A stretch of DNA of 63,823 bases, the filler included, from Collodictyon triciliatum (lineage: Eukaryota), in the NCBI GenBank assembly GCA_043381765.1. It is 15 parts of 15 records of this genome, joined end to end, with 100 filler letters (N's around TTAATTAATTAA, not from the genome) between each part and the next. Parts side by side here need not be neighbours in the genome. Positions count along the whole stretch, not along the records: positions 18,762 to 23,346 come from JBHJMP010005949.1; positions 23,447 to 28,029 come from JBHJMP010005950.1; positions 28,130 to 32,711 come from JBHJMP010005951.1; positions 32,812 to 37,334 come from JBHJMP010005952.1; 11 more parts are not named here. One strand, written 5' to 3'. The translations under genes and the position numbers were made by a program. Position 1 is the first letter of the stretch. Every line of letters starts with the position of its first letter. The notes under the pieces were generated by a model, which was given only the letters and a program-made list of their open reading frames with translations, ran no database searches and was not told the origin of the DNA. Of this stretch, positions 22,165 to 35,800 are shown one piece after another.

Positions 22165-22815
22165 TTATTTAGAGGACGGTGTATGCATTTTTTGAAGGAT
22201 TGAAAGAACTTTCTTGAGTATATCATTATCGCTGTTAAAGTCCCTTGTCAAGAGTATACTTTGTTTGCTTTCTGAGCGATTGCATTCTTTACATGTGAGA
22301 CATCTATATATTTTTTTTGAATTTCCATTCGGTTTCATACAATCCAGTTCTTTTTCGCAGCTACAGCACATCTTGAATGTTCTAAATTCATCTACACTAA
22401 CTGTTTCAAAACGTTTGGATAGTATTTTTCGTAATCCTCTTCCGATTGTTGGCATCAAATGCTTCATCGGAGATTTTCTGCTCCAGTCTCCATACGCCAG
22501 TACAACATCCTTCACAAATGTCTTTTCGATTCGGTCCATAAACAACTCTTCACTTCTTTTTGTGTTAACATACTGTATCCATCTCATCTTTCGAAAAGTT
22601 ACGTGTTCATAAAATCTGCAAAATTCTATCTGATATCATGGTTTCATAGATACATATTTTCGAAATTTTCCATAATCGAACATGCATGAATTATGCTTAC
22701 TCATTTCTGCCTCTAAATCGATTAAAGATGCTCTAGATGTCTCAAACTACTGATTCTCTTCAAAAGTCCTGGCACCAAAAGAAACAACACTTTGTAAATC
22801 TGCTGCCATGTATAC
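22165..22815 (-). pseudogene. Fanzor1 (TnpB-family RNA-guided RuvC nuclease), degenerate C-terminal half
   Basis: Translation LIDLEAEMSKHNS..DYGKFRKYV..*..FYEHVTFRKMRWIQYVNTKRSEELFMDRIEKTF..VVLAYGDWSRKSPMKHLMPTIGRGLRKILSKRFETVSVDEFRTFKMCCSC..IYRCLTCKEC..TRDFNS shows RuvC-II (DE), a CxxC..CxxC zinc ribbon and RuvC-III (RDxN). In-frame TGA at 22636-22638 and TAG at 22747-22749. RuvC-I and the N-terminal half are not visible. Confidence 0.88.
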
Positions 22816-23452
22816 CCCTGACGAATTGTACTTTTCTTTTTTTTTTCTTGCGCAAGAGTATTTTGTGATTTTTTTTATACTGTTCCTCTCAACTCTGTAT
22901 TTGTCTCAGTGTGATAACTACATTTAATCACATTGCGACATATAGAATATATTAAACTAGGAAGTTTCCATTCACGCCAACAAACAAACCTTGCAAATTT
23001 CGCATTTATTATTTGAACTGAAAGGATATCAGAGAAATGAAAATGAAAGAAAAAATGCAGATTCTGGGTGTGGTGTCTATATAATCTTTTGTTCTTGTAG
23101 TTGCTGGTATCGCGATTTCTTGGGGGATGTGTGACTCGCACGATAGAGGCGCGAGTTGGTTGTGAGGGTCAACCAAGTGACTGTTCCACCTGAAACGAAG
23201 AAAGAAGAGGAAAAGCACCATTAATTGTATATTGTTTATACTCCAACCCTCATTAGTCTACCTGTTAACACTATTTTTCCACTTTTTTTTTTTTTTTGTA
23301 AGTATCACAAGCTCTCACCAACACAGGTCGACCAAAGGCGGGCACCNNNNNNNNNNNNNNNNNNNNNNNNNNNNNNNNNNNNNNNNNNNNTTAATTAATT
23401 AANNNNNNNNNNNNNNNNNNNNNNNNNNNNNNNNNNNNNNNNNNNNGAGAGA

Positions 23453-23502
<50 letters not shown>

Positions 23503-24039
23503 AAGGAAAAGCACAATACAACTGAGACCAAGGCTGGGATGATATCTGTGATAGTTGGGATAGAAGAGCTCATGCTTTTGCTACTACGGGAATTTTTCCA
23601 AGTCTTGCTGACAGGGACTGCCCTATGATCAGTGGAGAGACCTGCACCGCGATGGGTCACAACGCGATGGAGGCCAACCAAACTTGTGCTGTTCGGGCTT
23701 GAGTGTAAATATAGCTTTGACCCGAAGCAGCGCAATTTTCCTCCCAATAGAAAGATTAGGATAAAAAAAATTGTTTGGAGCTTTATTCCAGATTAAGAAT
23801 AGTGACCCCAAAGTAGATTAGCGCTTGATTTCCCAAGATGCGCACTTGATGTGGAAATTTTTGCAAAGTCTTACATATAGCATCAGTAATTTACATATAA
23901 GATAGCGATATATACAATATGATTGCATTTTAAAGTATTATTGAATGAATAAATGCAATTTGATTATATTTTCCATGTTCAGTTTATATGCGGAAATACT
24001 GTCTGTGGTTATGACAGCCGTGAGTAGACCCAGTTCATT

Positions 24040-24260
24040 GAATTTGCTTTGGGCTGCTGGGGTGTCAGCGACGGAGGCAAGGATCCCCGCACTCTGCCCG
24101 GCAGGCTGGAGAGGAGGGTATTCCCAGAGTGTGTTCTGCAGGCAAATACGCCCGTGTTGGCAGCTGCCTCTTGAAGCAGCCCCCCTCAAAGTTGCGTCGA
24201 TCTTGGGCAGTCCAGGCGATCACTTTTTCTATTTTTTTTCTATACTCGTCCAACGCTCGC
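24040..24260 (-). mobile_element. Possible non-LTR retrotransposon ORF2 C-terminal remnant
   Basis: KRQLPTRAYL..HTLGIPSSPACRAEC resembles the LPT..L...SP.C..C start of the zf-RVT region. Decayed. Confidence 0.35.
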
Positions 24261-24321
24261 CCCCCTTTCCCAACAGGGTTGGCAGGCATGAAGAGAGTTG
24301 TGACAGTGAAATACCAGTATA

Positions 24322-24391
<70 letters not shown>

Positions 24392-24442
24392 CAAAATTGG
24401 TTCTTCGTTTTACGAAAGGAATATTGAGAAACATGGCTACAG

Positions 24443-27400
24443 ATGTCGCAGCTGTTTTTATGGTCTGCAGTCGCTATGCTCTTGATCTTGCAGAATTCTG
24501 CGGCTGTTCCAATGTAAGAGTTTTCTTTCATTCTGCTCGTTTCAAAGCTGGCTACTTGAGCCGCACCAGACCATCGTTAAGGATGAGATCTAAGCAAAGG
24601 CTTTAACCTAATGACAAAGCAACACACCTGGGGCAGAGTGTGCAGTGAATTCTCTCGGTCCAGGCAGATACAACAGAACAATATATCATGACGGGTTGCT
24701 GCGTCCTTACATCCTCTACGTCCCCACAAGATACAACCCTTCTGTGCCAACGCCACTTCTTTTCGTGGTAAGTCCATTATTACTCACTTTAGGGTGGGTG
24801 CAGAGAAGGCGAGCAAATCTCACTTCAAATGTTGATTTTTTTTCTCTTGAACTTTAACGTCTCATGCTATATGCCAATTTGTGAGCGAACCAAATACTAA
24901 GCGAAAACCACGCCTCGTTTTATTATATTATATTTATTGTCACTATTTCATAAATGACTGGCTCAAAAGCTTGCATATCGTTTAGTTTCATGGGGTCGTC
25001 GCAACGGGCGATCAAGCATTCATTAACTTTGCGGTTCCAGACATCAGCGAAGATAATAATGTCATCACCATCACGCCGACGGCTGATAACCTCGCTTGGA
25101 ATGGCGGGGACTGTTGCGCCCCTTCAGTATAGAATTCATATCATGCATAGCATTCCCTATCCTCGTTTATTTTCATTTTCATTTTCATTTTTCTCTTTGT
25201 CTATATGATAAATCAATGCCACAATGTTAAATATAAATGTGGGAGTATACTCACAATTTTTGTTTTACTGCTCTATTGACAAATACATTTTTTGTTGCTC
25301 TGAAAATACCTAAACTATGATCGCATAAATGCCGCCTGTATTTCTCCTAAAAATACCTGAAAAAGGAGCCTATTTCGATGAATTAAAGCCGTTTTATACT
25401 TTAATGAGCATGAACAATATCTAATCTGGCGTGCAGAATAAAACAGGTATCGATGACGTTGGCTTTGTAAGAGCCATGGCCGCAGAGGCTTCGCGCCTTG
25501 TAAGCAAATAATAAATAAATTAGTGCTCATATAAATTGTGATATTAATAAAAAAATAAAAAAATGGAAGATTTAAGTGACTATCAAGCACTTTCAATTTT
25601 ATTCAATTTGAATATTATGTTTTTCTATTTGATAATCCTACACCATTTTTCTTGGGTATATCTACACACTTACATTGTCCTTATTGTAATTTATGTATGC
25701 CTGTTCATCCAAATTCCATATTAACAGGTCTGTGTCGACCAAAGAAGGATCTATGCTAGTGGTTACTCGAATGGTGGCTATCTCTCAAATAGATTGGCTT
25801 GTGAGGCATCTGATTTGGTATGACGTCGACATATTTTGGATTTTGTATAAATCTACAAATGCAAAAATAAAATAAATGATAACGATAGTGATAAAAGAAA
25901 AGAAGAAGAGGAAACTCTTTGTTCGTGCATGGCTGACATTATCCAAAAAAAAACTTTAAACTCAAACGGGACTTTTCAGAGCATATTTATTTCAGAAAAA
26001 AATCATAAAAATTTGATAGTATAAAAATGTTATGAGTATAATGAAACCATTTGAATGAGCTGCCCATTTATCGTAGACTGCATCCAATTATCTAGATGGG
26101 TGTCTAAATGTACACATATTAGATTCGCGCGATAGGGACAGTTGCTGGGCCCTTGTCGAAGGAATCAACAATTCCGTGTCGTCCCTCCAGACCAGTATCA
26201 GTTTTGGTAAGCCACTCACGATTTTTTTTCCTGCCTCCGATTTCTATTTTCACCTGAATGAAATGCTTTTTTTTTTAACACCAATCAAAAGGGGATATAT
26301 TTGTGATGGATTCTGATTAATGTTTGTAAAATAAATATTCTTGGAGACTATTTATAATATTACGTGCGTATACCCTATCGAATTTAAATCGAATAAAGAG
26401 GGAAAAAGCGAATGTATTATATTCTCCATACGAACGAGTTTAAGCCCAGGAACTTATTTGATATAAACTATTCAAATTAGCATATTCACGGTGATGCAGA
26501 CGAGGTAGTCCCTTATAGCCATGGAGTAGATGGGATTCAAAGATGGAAAACTATGAATCAGTGCTCTGGGGCCCCTGAGGTGATAAATCATACTTAATAA
26601 CATTTTTATGAATAAATTAAAAAGTTTGTCAGCCTTACTCTATATTTAAAATTTTTTCGTAGATGTTTGATAAACTCCTAAACAAGCAGTATATCGCCAT
26701 TCAATATGTTCATCCTTGATAGTTTGAACCATACGTCTCTGTCTAATACATATATTCTATAATGATTCATTGTATACCAATAGGTGACCTTCCGTAATGG
26801 CACAGCTGTCTGTGAGACTTACAATAATTGCAGTGGAGGTGTGCAAACAACTCTGTGCACTGTTTTTGGAGGGATTCACTCATGGCCTGTGAGTTATCAT
26901 TTGATTAAGACGCATTTTGACATAATTTGTTGCATACTTTATCCTTGTAGTTAGGTATTCTATCTCTTTGTTCGATGTAATTTTTTTTAATACATACACA
27001 TATGTATATATTGTAGTATGGTGCCCTTATACACCCTGTTTAAAGGAGATAGCTGACACCTGTACGTATCTATCAATAGGGATGCAGTTTTTATGGTGCT
27101 GGTATCTATGGATCCGACTGCGGTTGCGAGAAACCAACTCCTGATTTGATCGCCACAAAGACAATATGGTCCGTTTTTAAATAACAAAAAGAAAAAGATA
27201 GCATAAATATTCATGTAATCCTATGAAAAGGCCATAACCAACAAAATGCGATGTTTCCATATGAAATGGGTACTAAACCACCCTGCTCATTTTTTCTTTT
27301 AAGTTATATGAAATTTTCAAGGAATTATGAATCACGTGATTGTTCCAATACCATCTTTATTATGACTCCTTTTTTTTTCTTTTCTTATTTGTCATAAAAA

Positions 27401-27449
27401 TAAAAACAGGAACTTTGTGTCTCGATGGACTGTTTCAAGGGACCTCTAA
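24443..27449 (+). CDS. Secreted alpha/beta-hydrolase of the LpqC / PHB-depolymerase-like esterase family; complete, 10 exons
   Basis: Signal peptide MSQLFLWSAVAMLLILQNSAA, then RPYILYVP..PTPLLFVFHG, AWNGGDCC, DDVGFV, VDQRRIYASGYSNGG (nucleophile Ser), RLACEASD, HIHGDADEVVPY (Asp), GGIHSWPG (His) and IWNFVSRW..*. All exons are GT-AG bounded and phase-consistent. Confidence 0.9.
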
Positions 27450-27527
27450 GGCAACTTGACACCCCTCGACAGAGAAACAGAATAAACCAACAAATGCTTA
27501 TGAAATATTTGGTAAATGAAAGTATCA

Positions 27528-28029
27528 GAATGCACCATGTGCCATAGTGGAGATGACTCTATCGAATACACATTTGTGAAGTGCTCTCTTGCTCAAAAAT
27601 TCACAGAATCTACCCACAAGATGCTCTTGAGCTTGTCTATGCTTCCAACCGACCCAGCGCGTCTGACATTCTGTTTGGCCCACAATACCAAATGACCCAT
27701 GACTCTAGAATACTCTGGACAGTCACAAGGGGACATATGCTGTGGTCCTTATGGAGTGTGTGCGCATTCTCTCACTCTGATGATTCATCCGAACGAGAAA
27801 TCAATGTATCCATGCTGGAAAGCCTCGTGCAATACAGCTTCCTGAACAGCCTGCTGAAACACGCTCGCATTCTTCGCTACTCTGACCGCAAGCGAAGAGG
27901 GATGTGGGAATGTGTCGTGCGATATCTCCTACGACATATCCAACCCCTGCTACCCACGCAGCCAATCAACCAGTTGGGACGCCCACCTGACCAACTCGCT
28001 ATCACTGATTTCTCTCCAGTGCTAGCCTC
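27528..28029 (+). mobile_element. L1/Tx1-like non-LTR retrotransposon ORF2 C-terminal remnant
   Basis: ECTMCHSGDDSIEYTFVKCSLAQKF is a degenerate CCHC knuckle (H to Y). After a frameshift comes DILFG..MLWSLWS, which matches the L1/Tx1 ORF2 tail. Confidence 0.6.
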
Positions 28030-28369
28030 NNNNNNNNNNNNNNNNNNNNNNNNNNNNNNNNNNNNNNNNNNNNTTAATTAATTAANNNNNNNNNNNNNNN
28101 NNNNNNNNNNNNNNNNNNNNNNNNNNNNNACAATTCTCGTCCCTTTTTTTGTTTATAATAAAGAACAATGCAAGAAAAAACTTTATGTGACTCGTCTCCG
28201 CCCCCCCCCCCCCCCCCCCCCAAACTAGTCTTTTTTTTTTTATGTATTTTAAAATTAAAATTTTATTGATATTTTATATAAAGATAAGCAAAAAGAGAAA
28301 ATGTCAAAAGTGATTATATTTTTGAATCGCACGCATCTCCCACCTAAGATTCGATTACTCTGGATATAG

Positions 28370-29896
28370 TTCTGTCATCATGCAGGAATTCAGCCACTTG
28401 AAGTATCGACTGACCACTACACAGAGCCGAGCATCACTACGTTTATCCTTACAGGATTAGAGGATTCTAGCCGGCTTTATGCAACGAAGCTGACTTTCTT
28501 AATACCTTATGATGGGGATTCTCAACAATCACCAAGTCCATCCACAAGGTAGCTATTTCCATAATCATTCCCTTTCTTATTTTTAGGAAATTTTACATAT
28601 ATAATTGAATACAGCGACTTTGGCACACTAAAAAATGCAATTCTAACCACTCATATTATAATAATTCGTCTGGGGATAAAACAAAAAAACAAACAATTGC
28701 TTTCTTTTCCTAAACCAGGTCGAAGTAAGTGATTTATTATTCTGAATCCACATCGGTAACACCTAAAATTCACACTGAAGGGGCTTGTATGCTTTTTCTT
28801 TTCTTTCGTTATTTTCCATCTAAAAGTCCTCATATACACCACAACTTTGTATAGGCATGTCCGATCTTCCTCAACGAATAGCAATGTAAGCTTCCATTCC
28901 TTTTTTTCTCCTTTTTTCTTTCTTTCGTTTTTCCCGATTTCTTTTTCGTTTCCCTTGTCCATCCCCTGGCTGGGAAGGCTGATATGCACTATTACAATAA
29001 ATATACATAATAGCCAAACAATAAAGCCACCATCCTCTATTTCTATCTTTTGATCTTTTCTTTTATCTTTATGTGAGATTGTTCTTGACATTTTATTTCA
29101 TCAGCATATTCGCAAACAGGGATAGTCATTTATTATCATAACTATTCTTATTTTATTACAAAAGAGAAGCTAGTTAATTAATGCGATATATTTTTGCCTC
29201 ATAGTGTTCAACCACCTCCGAATCATCAACTTCATCAGTCATATCATCTCCAGCATCACCCGCTGTTGCATCTGAAACCACATCTGAAGTTAAAATCAGG
29301 AAACATAATTCCTTTCGAAAAATGACTATGGCTCTCCGAAAAGTTGCAGAAAGGGTCCCTGTATGCTTTTGTTTGCTGTCTCGCTATCCATTATTTGACC
29401 TTCAGGCAAAAGTTCTGCGTTCGCTTCACCAAAAATTCCAGGAGGGACTCCAAAATGCTCCCCCAGTCGTTAAAGTATGCAGTAATCCAAATAAATCGAT
29501 GTTTTAAATGCGCTTTTTTTTTCCTTTCTTCCCTACCAACATATATCCGAGTAACGATGTATCGTTTTTCCCAAATAGATCACCATTTTTCTTCTTTCTT
29601 CTTCTTTTTTTTCGAAATAGTTTTCTGAAACATTAGAATTTGTTGTCCTGAAAGACATCATCCCAATCATCGGGGAATACATAAGAAAAGGAATCTTTCC
29701 AAACACATTCCGTTCCCAAGTTGTTTTCGACCGTTCAAAAGATATATCTGGAGAGTTTATTTCGTACACAGCTTCACCCATCCTTGATTTCCCAGTTGCC
29801 GATGTGAGTAATTTGCTGGATAAAATTATATTTACATATAAAATAATTTTGGGGTTTATTTTTCTTTTCCGATATCCTATGTCCCTTTCCGCTAAT

Positions 29897-29993
<97 letters not shown>

Positions 29994-31676
29994 GTTTTCA
30001 TTGCGCACGATCTTCAATCACATATCAGAACTGGACATTATACTCATACTCCAGTGCCTCTTGCTCGAAAGATCTGTTCTATTGTATTCTCAAAAGTACC
30101 AGCACTTAACTATTGTGGCTCAAACACTAACAACCCTGATGGTATTTCCAAATATTTACACTACATAGTTTATAATAATTTTATCCAAGAAAGATAGGAA
30201 ATCTGCAGTGTTTCATAATGGCTTAACATCTAAAGGAAATTATCACATACTTTTCGTATCTTTGAATCAGTCGCTTATATAAAATATATATACCAAGTAT
30301 CCGTTCAAGTTCCCTTTTGTATACGCACCATGTCTCCCTGCCAGTTTTGTCGATTTCATTTATGCACCCACTCCTTTTTTTATGGGGATACATGCATCTG
30401 CAATTGGGTAACCTAAATCATGCAAAGCACAGTTCATACAAACACATGCAATACTTTTCATATAGAAATTGTTATAGATGATTGTTTATCATAGCATTTA
30501 TTATTTTTTTTTTTTTTACCATCACACCTCGCCATACTAATAGCGAGATTGTATGAGTGTATGCAAATATACTAATAATGAAGCAAAACAATATCGCATC
30601 ACTGTGGGTTAGTGATGTGAATCAGAAACTACTCGAGCTCCCAGACGTTTGCATGGTTGATTTGGATAGCCGGAAAGTGCATGCATCTAAGTCGTTTTGG
30701 ATTCCAGAATTCCCTCAAAAGCCGAGAGAAGATGTATTTCAATATTGATAAAATTAAGAAAAGAATAAGGAATATTATACATTATGATGATACTTGAATG
30801 TGGCCCTCTAACCTTCTTACTTTCTCTCAAAACATTCAGCTTATAAACGACATCAGACAAATATATGACCATGAAGAAGATGGATTCGGAGATGATATGT
30901 TGTTTTCCCTTCGTCTTAGACGTGCCTTTCTCGACTTTTTTGCATCTATATTTCGAAGTTATCGAGATTTTGTCACTTGGTGCCGTGAGGATCCCACATT
31001 GTAATATTAAATATTGTATTGTTCGATGTTTCATGTCACAAAATTTTTATCTAAGTGGTTTCAATTCATTAATGATTCTATTCATTAATCTTGAATTACT
31101 CTGGTATCAGAAATACTTTCAACAATGAATTGTTTCTCACGAGCTGCCTTGAAGGCCAACACGTACGTTACGGAGCCTTTCCCGATAGAATTTTACTATT
31201 ATTATTTGTTAAATTATTTACACTTTTATATATGAATATTGATGTATGTCGAGGTGAAGGTTGATTTACATATACATTCTAATGGACAGGAGTTCCTTTC
31301 TGCTTTTGTCGAAACGACAACTTTTACGGATTTTATTTGTGTCTACCATCCTGATTCTTTGTCCATCTTCAACGATTACCTGGACCTATCTCGCAACAAT
31401 GACGAGCAAAATGTTTCTTCTTATTCAGCCTCATATAATATAAATTGGCGATATTTAATCATACATTTCTGCACTGACTCATCAAATATCCTACTTGACA
31501 CACAGATGCCTATTTTCTACCAATACTTTCAAAGAGTTTCAGATGTTCACGCACTTTCTAGATCTCCAGACCGACCAGTTCCTAGCCAGATGGGTGAAAC
31601 CCGTATTTTTTATTTTTAATTTGGAAAATGTGATGTATTATCCAAACGAAAGTTCCAAATACATCAATATTTTTAA

Positions 31677-31770
<94 letters not shown>

Positions 31771-32478
31771 TGGAAGTGTACGCAAAGAGACAAGTCCGCA
31801 TCGAAAATGATGGGTTTCTAACAAAAAAGGAATAATCTTAAAACTAGACTGCACTCCTGGAAACAACATAAAAACGGCTAGCAGCAAGCGAGACGATGTT
31901 TCTTTGTTTGTGAATAAGATCACGAGCGAAAACTTTTCAACATCCCTCAACTTTGCCATCACTCGGCTGCCGATAGGGTGCGACAGCGAAAAATTAATTA
32001 ATTCTCTAAAACTATTGAAACCCAAGTTTGAGCAAGCTCTCAGAAATCCTACTTCAGGTATGATTTCCTTATTGTTTTTTATACTGTTTGTTAAGCCCTA
32101 TTACAGTGATGTATAATTTATGCTTTCAAATTATGGTATACATCTATTGCCATTTCTCTGGAGTTTTCTAATCCCGAATCAATTAAAAAAAAAAAAAAGG
32201 TCAAGACATTCCTCAGACTATGAGTCTTCTGGAGCAAAGAGAATCACGTGTTGCTTTGACTATACTTATTGTTGAACATTTTCGCGATAAGGTATATACA
32301 AAATTTAAAATTTCACATTGTTTTTAACTTTAGAATAATTTTTTTTTGGTTGCTGTTTATAAACACTTTATACATCTCTCAATGCCTCATCCAAAGGGAT
32401 GGCAACTTCCCTCCTCAACATCAGACCTTATATCATTTTATTACAACTGCCTTCTTGATCGGTCATACAAAGACAATG
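28370..32478 (+). CDS. DENN-domain Rab GEF, internal fragment, multi-exon
   Basis: uDENN FCH..G..TFILTG..RLYA; cDENN PVCFCLLSRYP, CLLLERSVLLYS, YPFKFPFVYAPCLP..IYAPTPFFMGIH, PDVCMVDLD; dDENN RRAFLDFFASIFRSYRDF, FLSAFVETTTFTDFI. Confidence 0.9.
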
Positions 32479-32811
32479 GTAATTCCTGTCGAATTTGCTG
32501 GAAGTTTGACGTGACTTCCATAAATTAGCATGTTTTCTCCTCTCAAGTTATCCCTGATTTTCGTTATTATTATTATTATTATTACTTGCTATTTGGAGTG
32601 GCTTACGACTCTTGTTCGTTTTTTTTTTTTTTTTTTTTTTTAAAAAAAATAGATTTAAAGTTTCCAGCTTTTGTGTGGGGTTGATGTTTGAAAAAAAAAT
32701 TTAAAAAGAACNNNNNNNNNNNNNNNNNNNNNNNNNNNNNNNNNNNNNNNNNNNNTTAATTAATTAANNNNNNNNNNNNNNNNNNNNNNNNNNNNNNNNN
32801 NNNNNNNNNNN

Positions 32812-35800
32812 AGACTGAGACTGAGACTGAGACTGAGACTGAGTCTGATATTGGGATTGGGATTGGGATTGGGATTGGGATTGGGATTGGGATTGGGATT
32901 GGGATTGGGATTGGGATTGGGATTGGGATTGGGATTGGGATTGGGATTGAAAGCTGGATATTGAATAAACCGATGTGTTTTGCTGGGTGTCGGTATGTCT
33001 GTACTGGCTGGATTCGGAATGCACTTGTGTCTTTTGTTGAGTATTAGTTTGACCATATTTGTTGGATTCGGAATATACCGGTGTCTTCTGCTGAGTATCG
33101 GTATGACCATTCTTGTTGGATTCAGAATTAACGTGTGTCTTTTGCTGTGTATCAGTATGATCAAATTGGTCGGATTCAGAATGCATTGATGTCTTTTGCT
33201 GGGTATTAGTATTACCATATTGGTTAGATTCGGAATAAACTGGTGTCTTTTGCTGGGTATCAGTGTATCCATACTTGTTGGATTTAGAATACAATAATGT
33301 CTTTTGCTGTGTATTAGTATGACCATAATTGTCGGATTCAGAATACGCTGATGTCTTTTGCTGGGTGTCGGTATGGACATATTGGTTGAATTTAGAATAC
33401 ACTGATGTCTTTTGCCGAGTATCAGTATGCCCGTACTTGTTAGATTCGGAATTCACTGATGTCTTTTGATGGGTATCAGTGTATCCATATTGGTTGGATT
33501 CAGAATTCATTGATGTCTTTTGCTGGGTATCAGTATGTCCATACTTGTTGGATTCGGAATTAACGGGTGTCTTTTGTTGGGTATCAGTATGACCATATTT
33601 GTTGGATTCAGAATTCACTGGTGTCTTTTCCAGGGTATCAGTATGACCATATTTGTTGGATTTGGAATAAACTGATGTCTTCTGTTGAGTATCAGTGTGT
33701 CCATATTTGTTGGATTCAATATTCACTGGTGTCCTTTGTTGGGTATCAGTATGACCATATTTTTTGGATTCAGAATAAACGGGTGTCTTTTGTTGGGTAT
33801 CAGTATGACCATACTGATTGGATTCCGAATAAACGGGTGTCTTTTGTTGGGTATCAGTGTGTCCATATTTGTTGGATTCGGAATTCACTGATGTCTTTTG
33901 CAGGGTATCAGTATGACCGTACTTGTTGGATTCGGAATTCATTGATGTCTTCAGTTGAGTGTCAGTATGACCATATTTGTTGGATTCAGAATTCACTGGT
34001 GTCCTTTGTTGGGTATCAGTATGTCCGTACTTGTTAGATTCGGAATACAAGGGTGTCTTTTGTTGAGTGTCAGTATGTCCATATTTTTTGGATTCGGAAT
34101 ACACTGATGTCTTTTGCTGGGTATCAGTATGACCATATTGGTTAGATTCGGAATATACCGGTGTCTTTTGTTGAGTATCAGTATGACCATACTGGTTAGA
34201 TTCGGAATTCACTGGTGTTTTTTGCTGAGTATCAGTATGGCCAAATCGGTTGGATTCGGAATACACTGGTGTCTTTTGCTGAGTATCAGTGTGTCCATAC
34301 TGGTTGGATTCAGAATATGCCGGTGTCTTTTGTTGGGTATCAGTGTATCCATACTTGTTGGATTTAGAATACAATGATGTCTTTTGTTGGGTATCAGTTT
34401 GTCCATATTTGATGGATTCGGAATAAACCAATGTCTTTTGTTGAGTATCAGTATGACCATATTTATTGGATTCGGAATAAACTGGTGTCTTTTGTTGGGT
34501 ATCAGTTTGTCCATACTTGTTAGATTCGGAATGCATTGATGTCTTTTGTTGGCTATCAGTATGACCATATTGGTTGGATTCGGAATACAATGATGTCTTT
34601 TGTTGAGTGTCAGTGTATCCATACTTGATGGATTCAGAATACAATGGTGTCTTTTGTTGAGTATCAGTATGACCATATTTATTGGATTTAGAATAAACTG
34701 GTGTCTTTTGTTGAGTATCAGTATGACCATATTTATTGGATTTGGAATGCACTGGTGTCTTTTGTTGGGTATCAGTATGTCCATATTTGTTGGATTCGGA
34801 ATAAACTGGTGTCTTTTGTTGGGTATCAGTTTGTCCATATTGGTTGGATTCAGAATGCATTGATGTCTTTTGCAGGGTATCAGTATAACCATATTTGATG
34901 GATTCGGAATAAACCAATGTTTTTTGTTGAGTATCAGTATGACCATATTTGTTGGATTTGGAATGCACTGATGTCCTCTGATGGGTGTCAGTATGACTAT
35001 ATTTATCAGATTCGGAATAAACTGGTGTCTTTTGTTGGGTACCAGTGTTTCCATATTTGTTGGATTCGGAATAAACTGGTGTCTTTTGTTGGGTATCAGT
35101 TTGTCCATATTTATTGGATTCGGAATAAACCAATGTCTTTTGTTGAGTATCAGTATGACCATATTTATTGGATTCAGAATAAACTGGTGTCTTTTGTTGG
35201 GTATCAGTGTATCCATACTTGTTAGATTTAGAATAAACTGGTGTCTTTTGTTGGGTATCAGTATGTCCATACTTATCAGAATCAGAATGCACTTGTGTCT
35301 TTTGGTGAGATTCAGTATGTCCATATTGGTTGGATTCAGAATACAAGGGTGTCTTTTGTTGGGTGTCAGTATGTCCATATTGGTTCGATTCGGAATAAAC
35401 TGGTGTCTTTTGTTGAGTATCAGTATGACCATATTTATTGGATTTGGAATGCACTGGTGTCTTTTGTTGGGTATCAGTATGTCCATATTTGTTGGATTCG
35501 GAATAAACCGGTGTCTTTTGCAGGGTATCAGTTTGTCCATATTTATTGGATTTGGAATGCACTGGTGTCTTTTGTTGGGTACCAGTGTTTCCATATTTGT
35601 TCGATTCATAATACACTGGTGTCTTTTGCTGTGTATTAGTTTGTCCATATTTGTTGGATTCGGAATAAACTGGTGTCTTTTGTTGGGTATCAGTATGACC
35701 ATATTGGTTGGATTCGGAATGCACTAGTGTCTTTTTCTGTGTATTAGTATTACCATATTGGTTGGATTCGGAATAAACTAGTGTCTTTTGATGGGTATCA

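Noticed and set aside
32851-32948. (TTGGGA)n as a telomeric repeat
   Set aside because: It is in frame with the long ORF as (TCC CAA)n = Ser-Gln, grades into synonymous (TCT CAG)n, and the same tract occurs inside the fibrocystin-like CDS.
34209-35702. Alternative-frame ORFs in the 54-bp array (IPNPTNMVILIPNKRHQ and antisense frames)
   Set aside because: They are shadows of the repeat and are repeatedly interrupted by stops, unlike the main frame.
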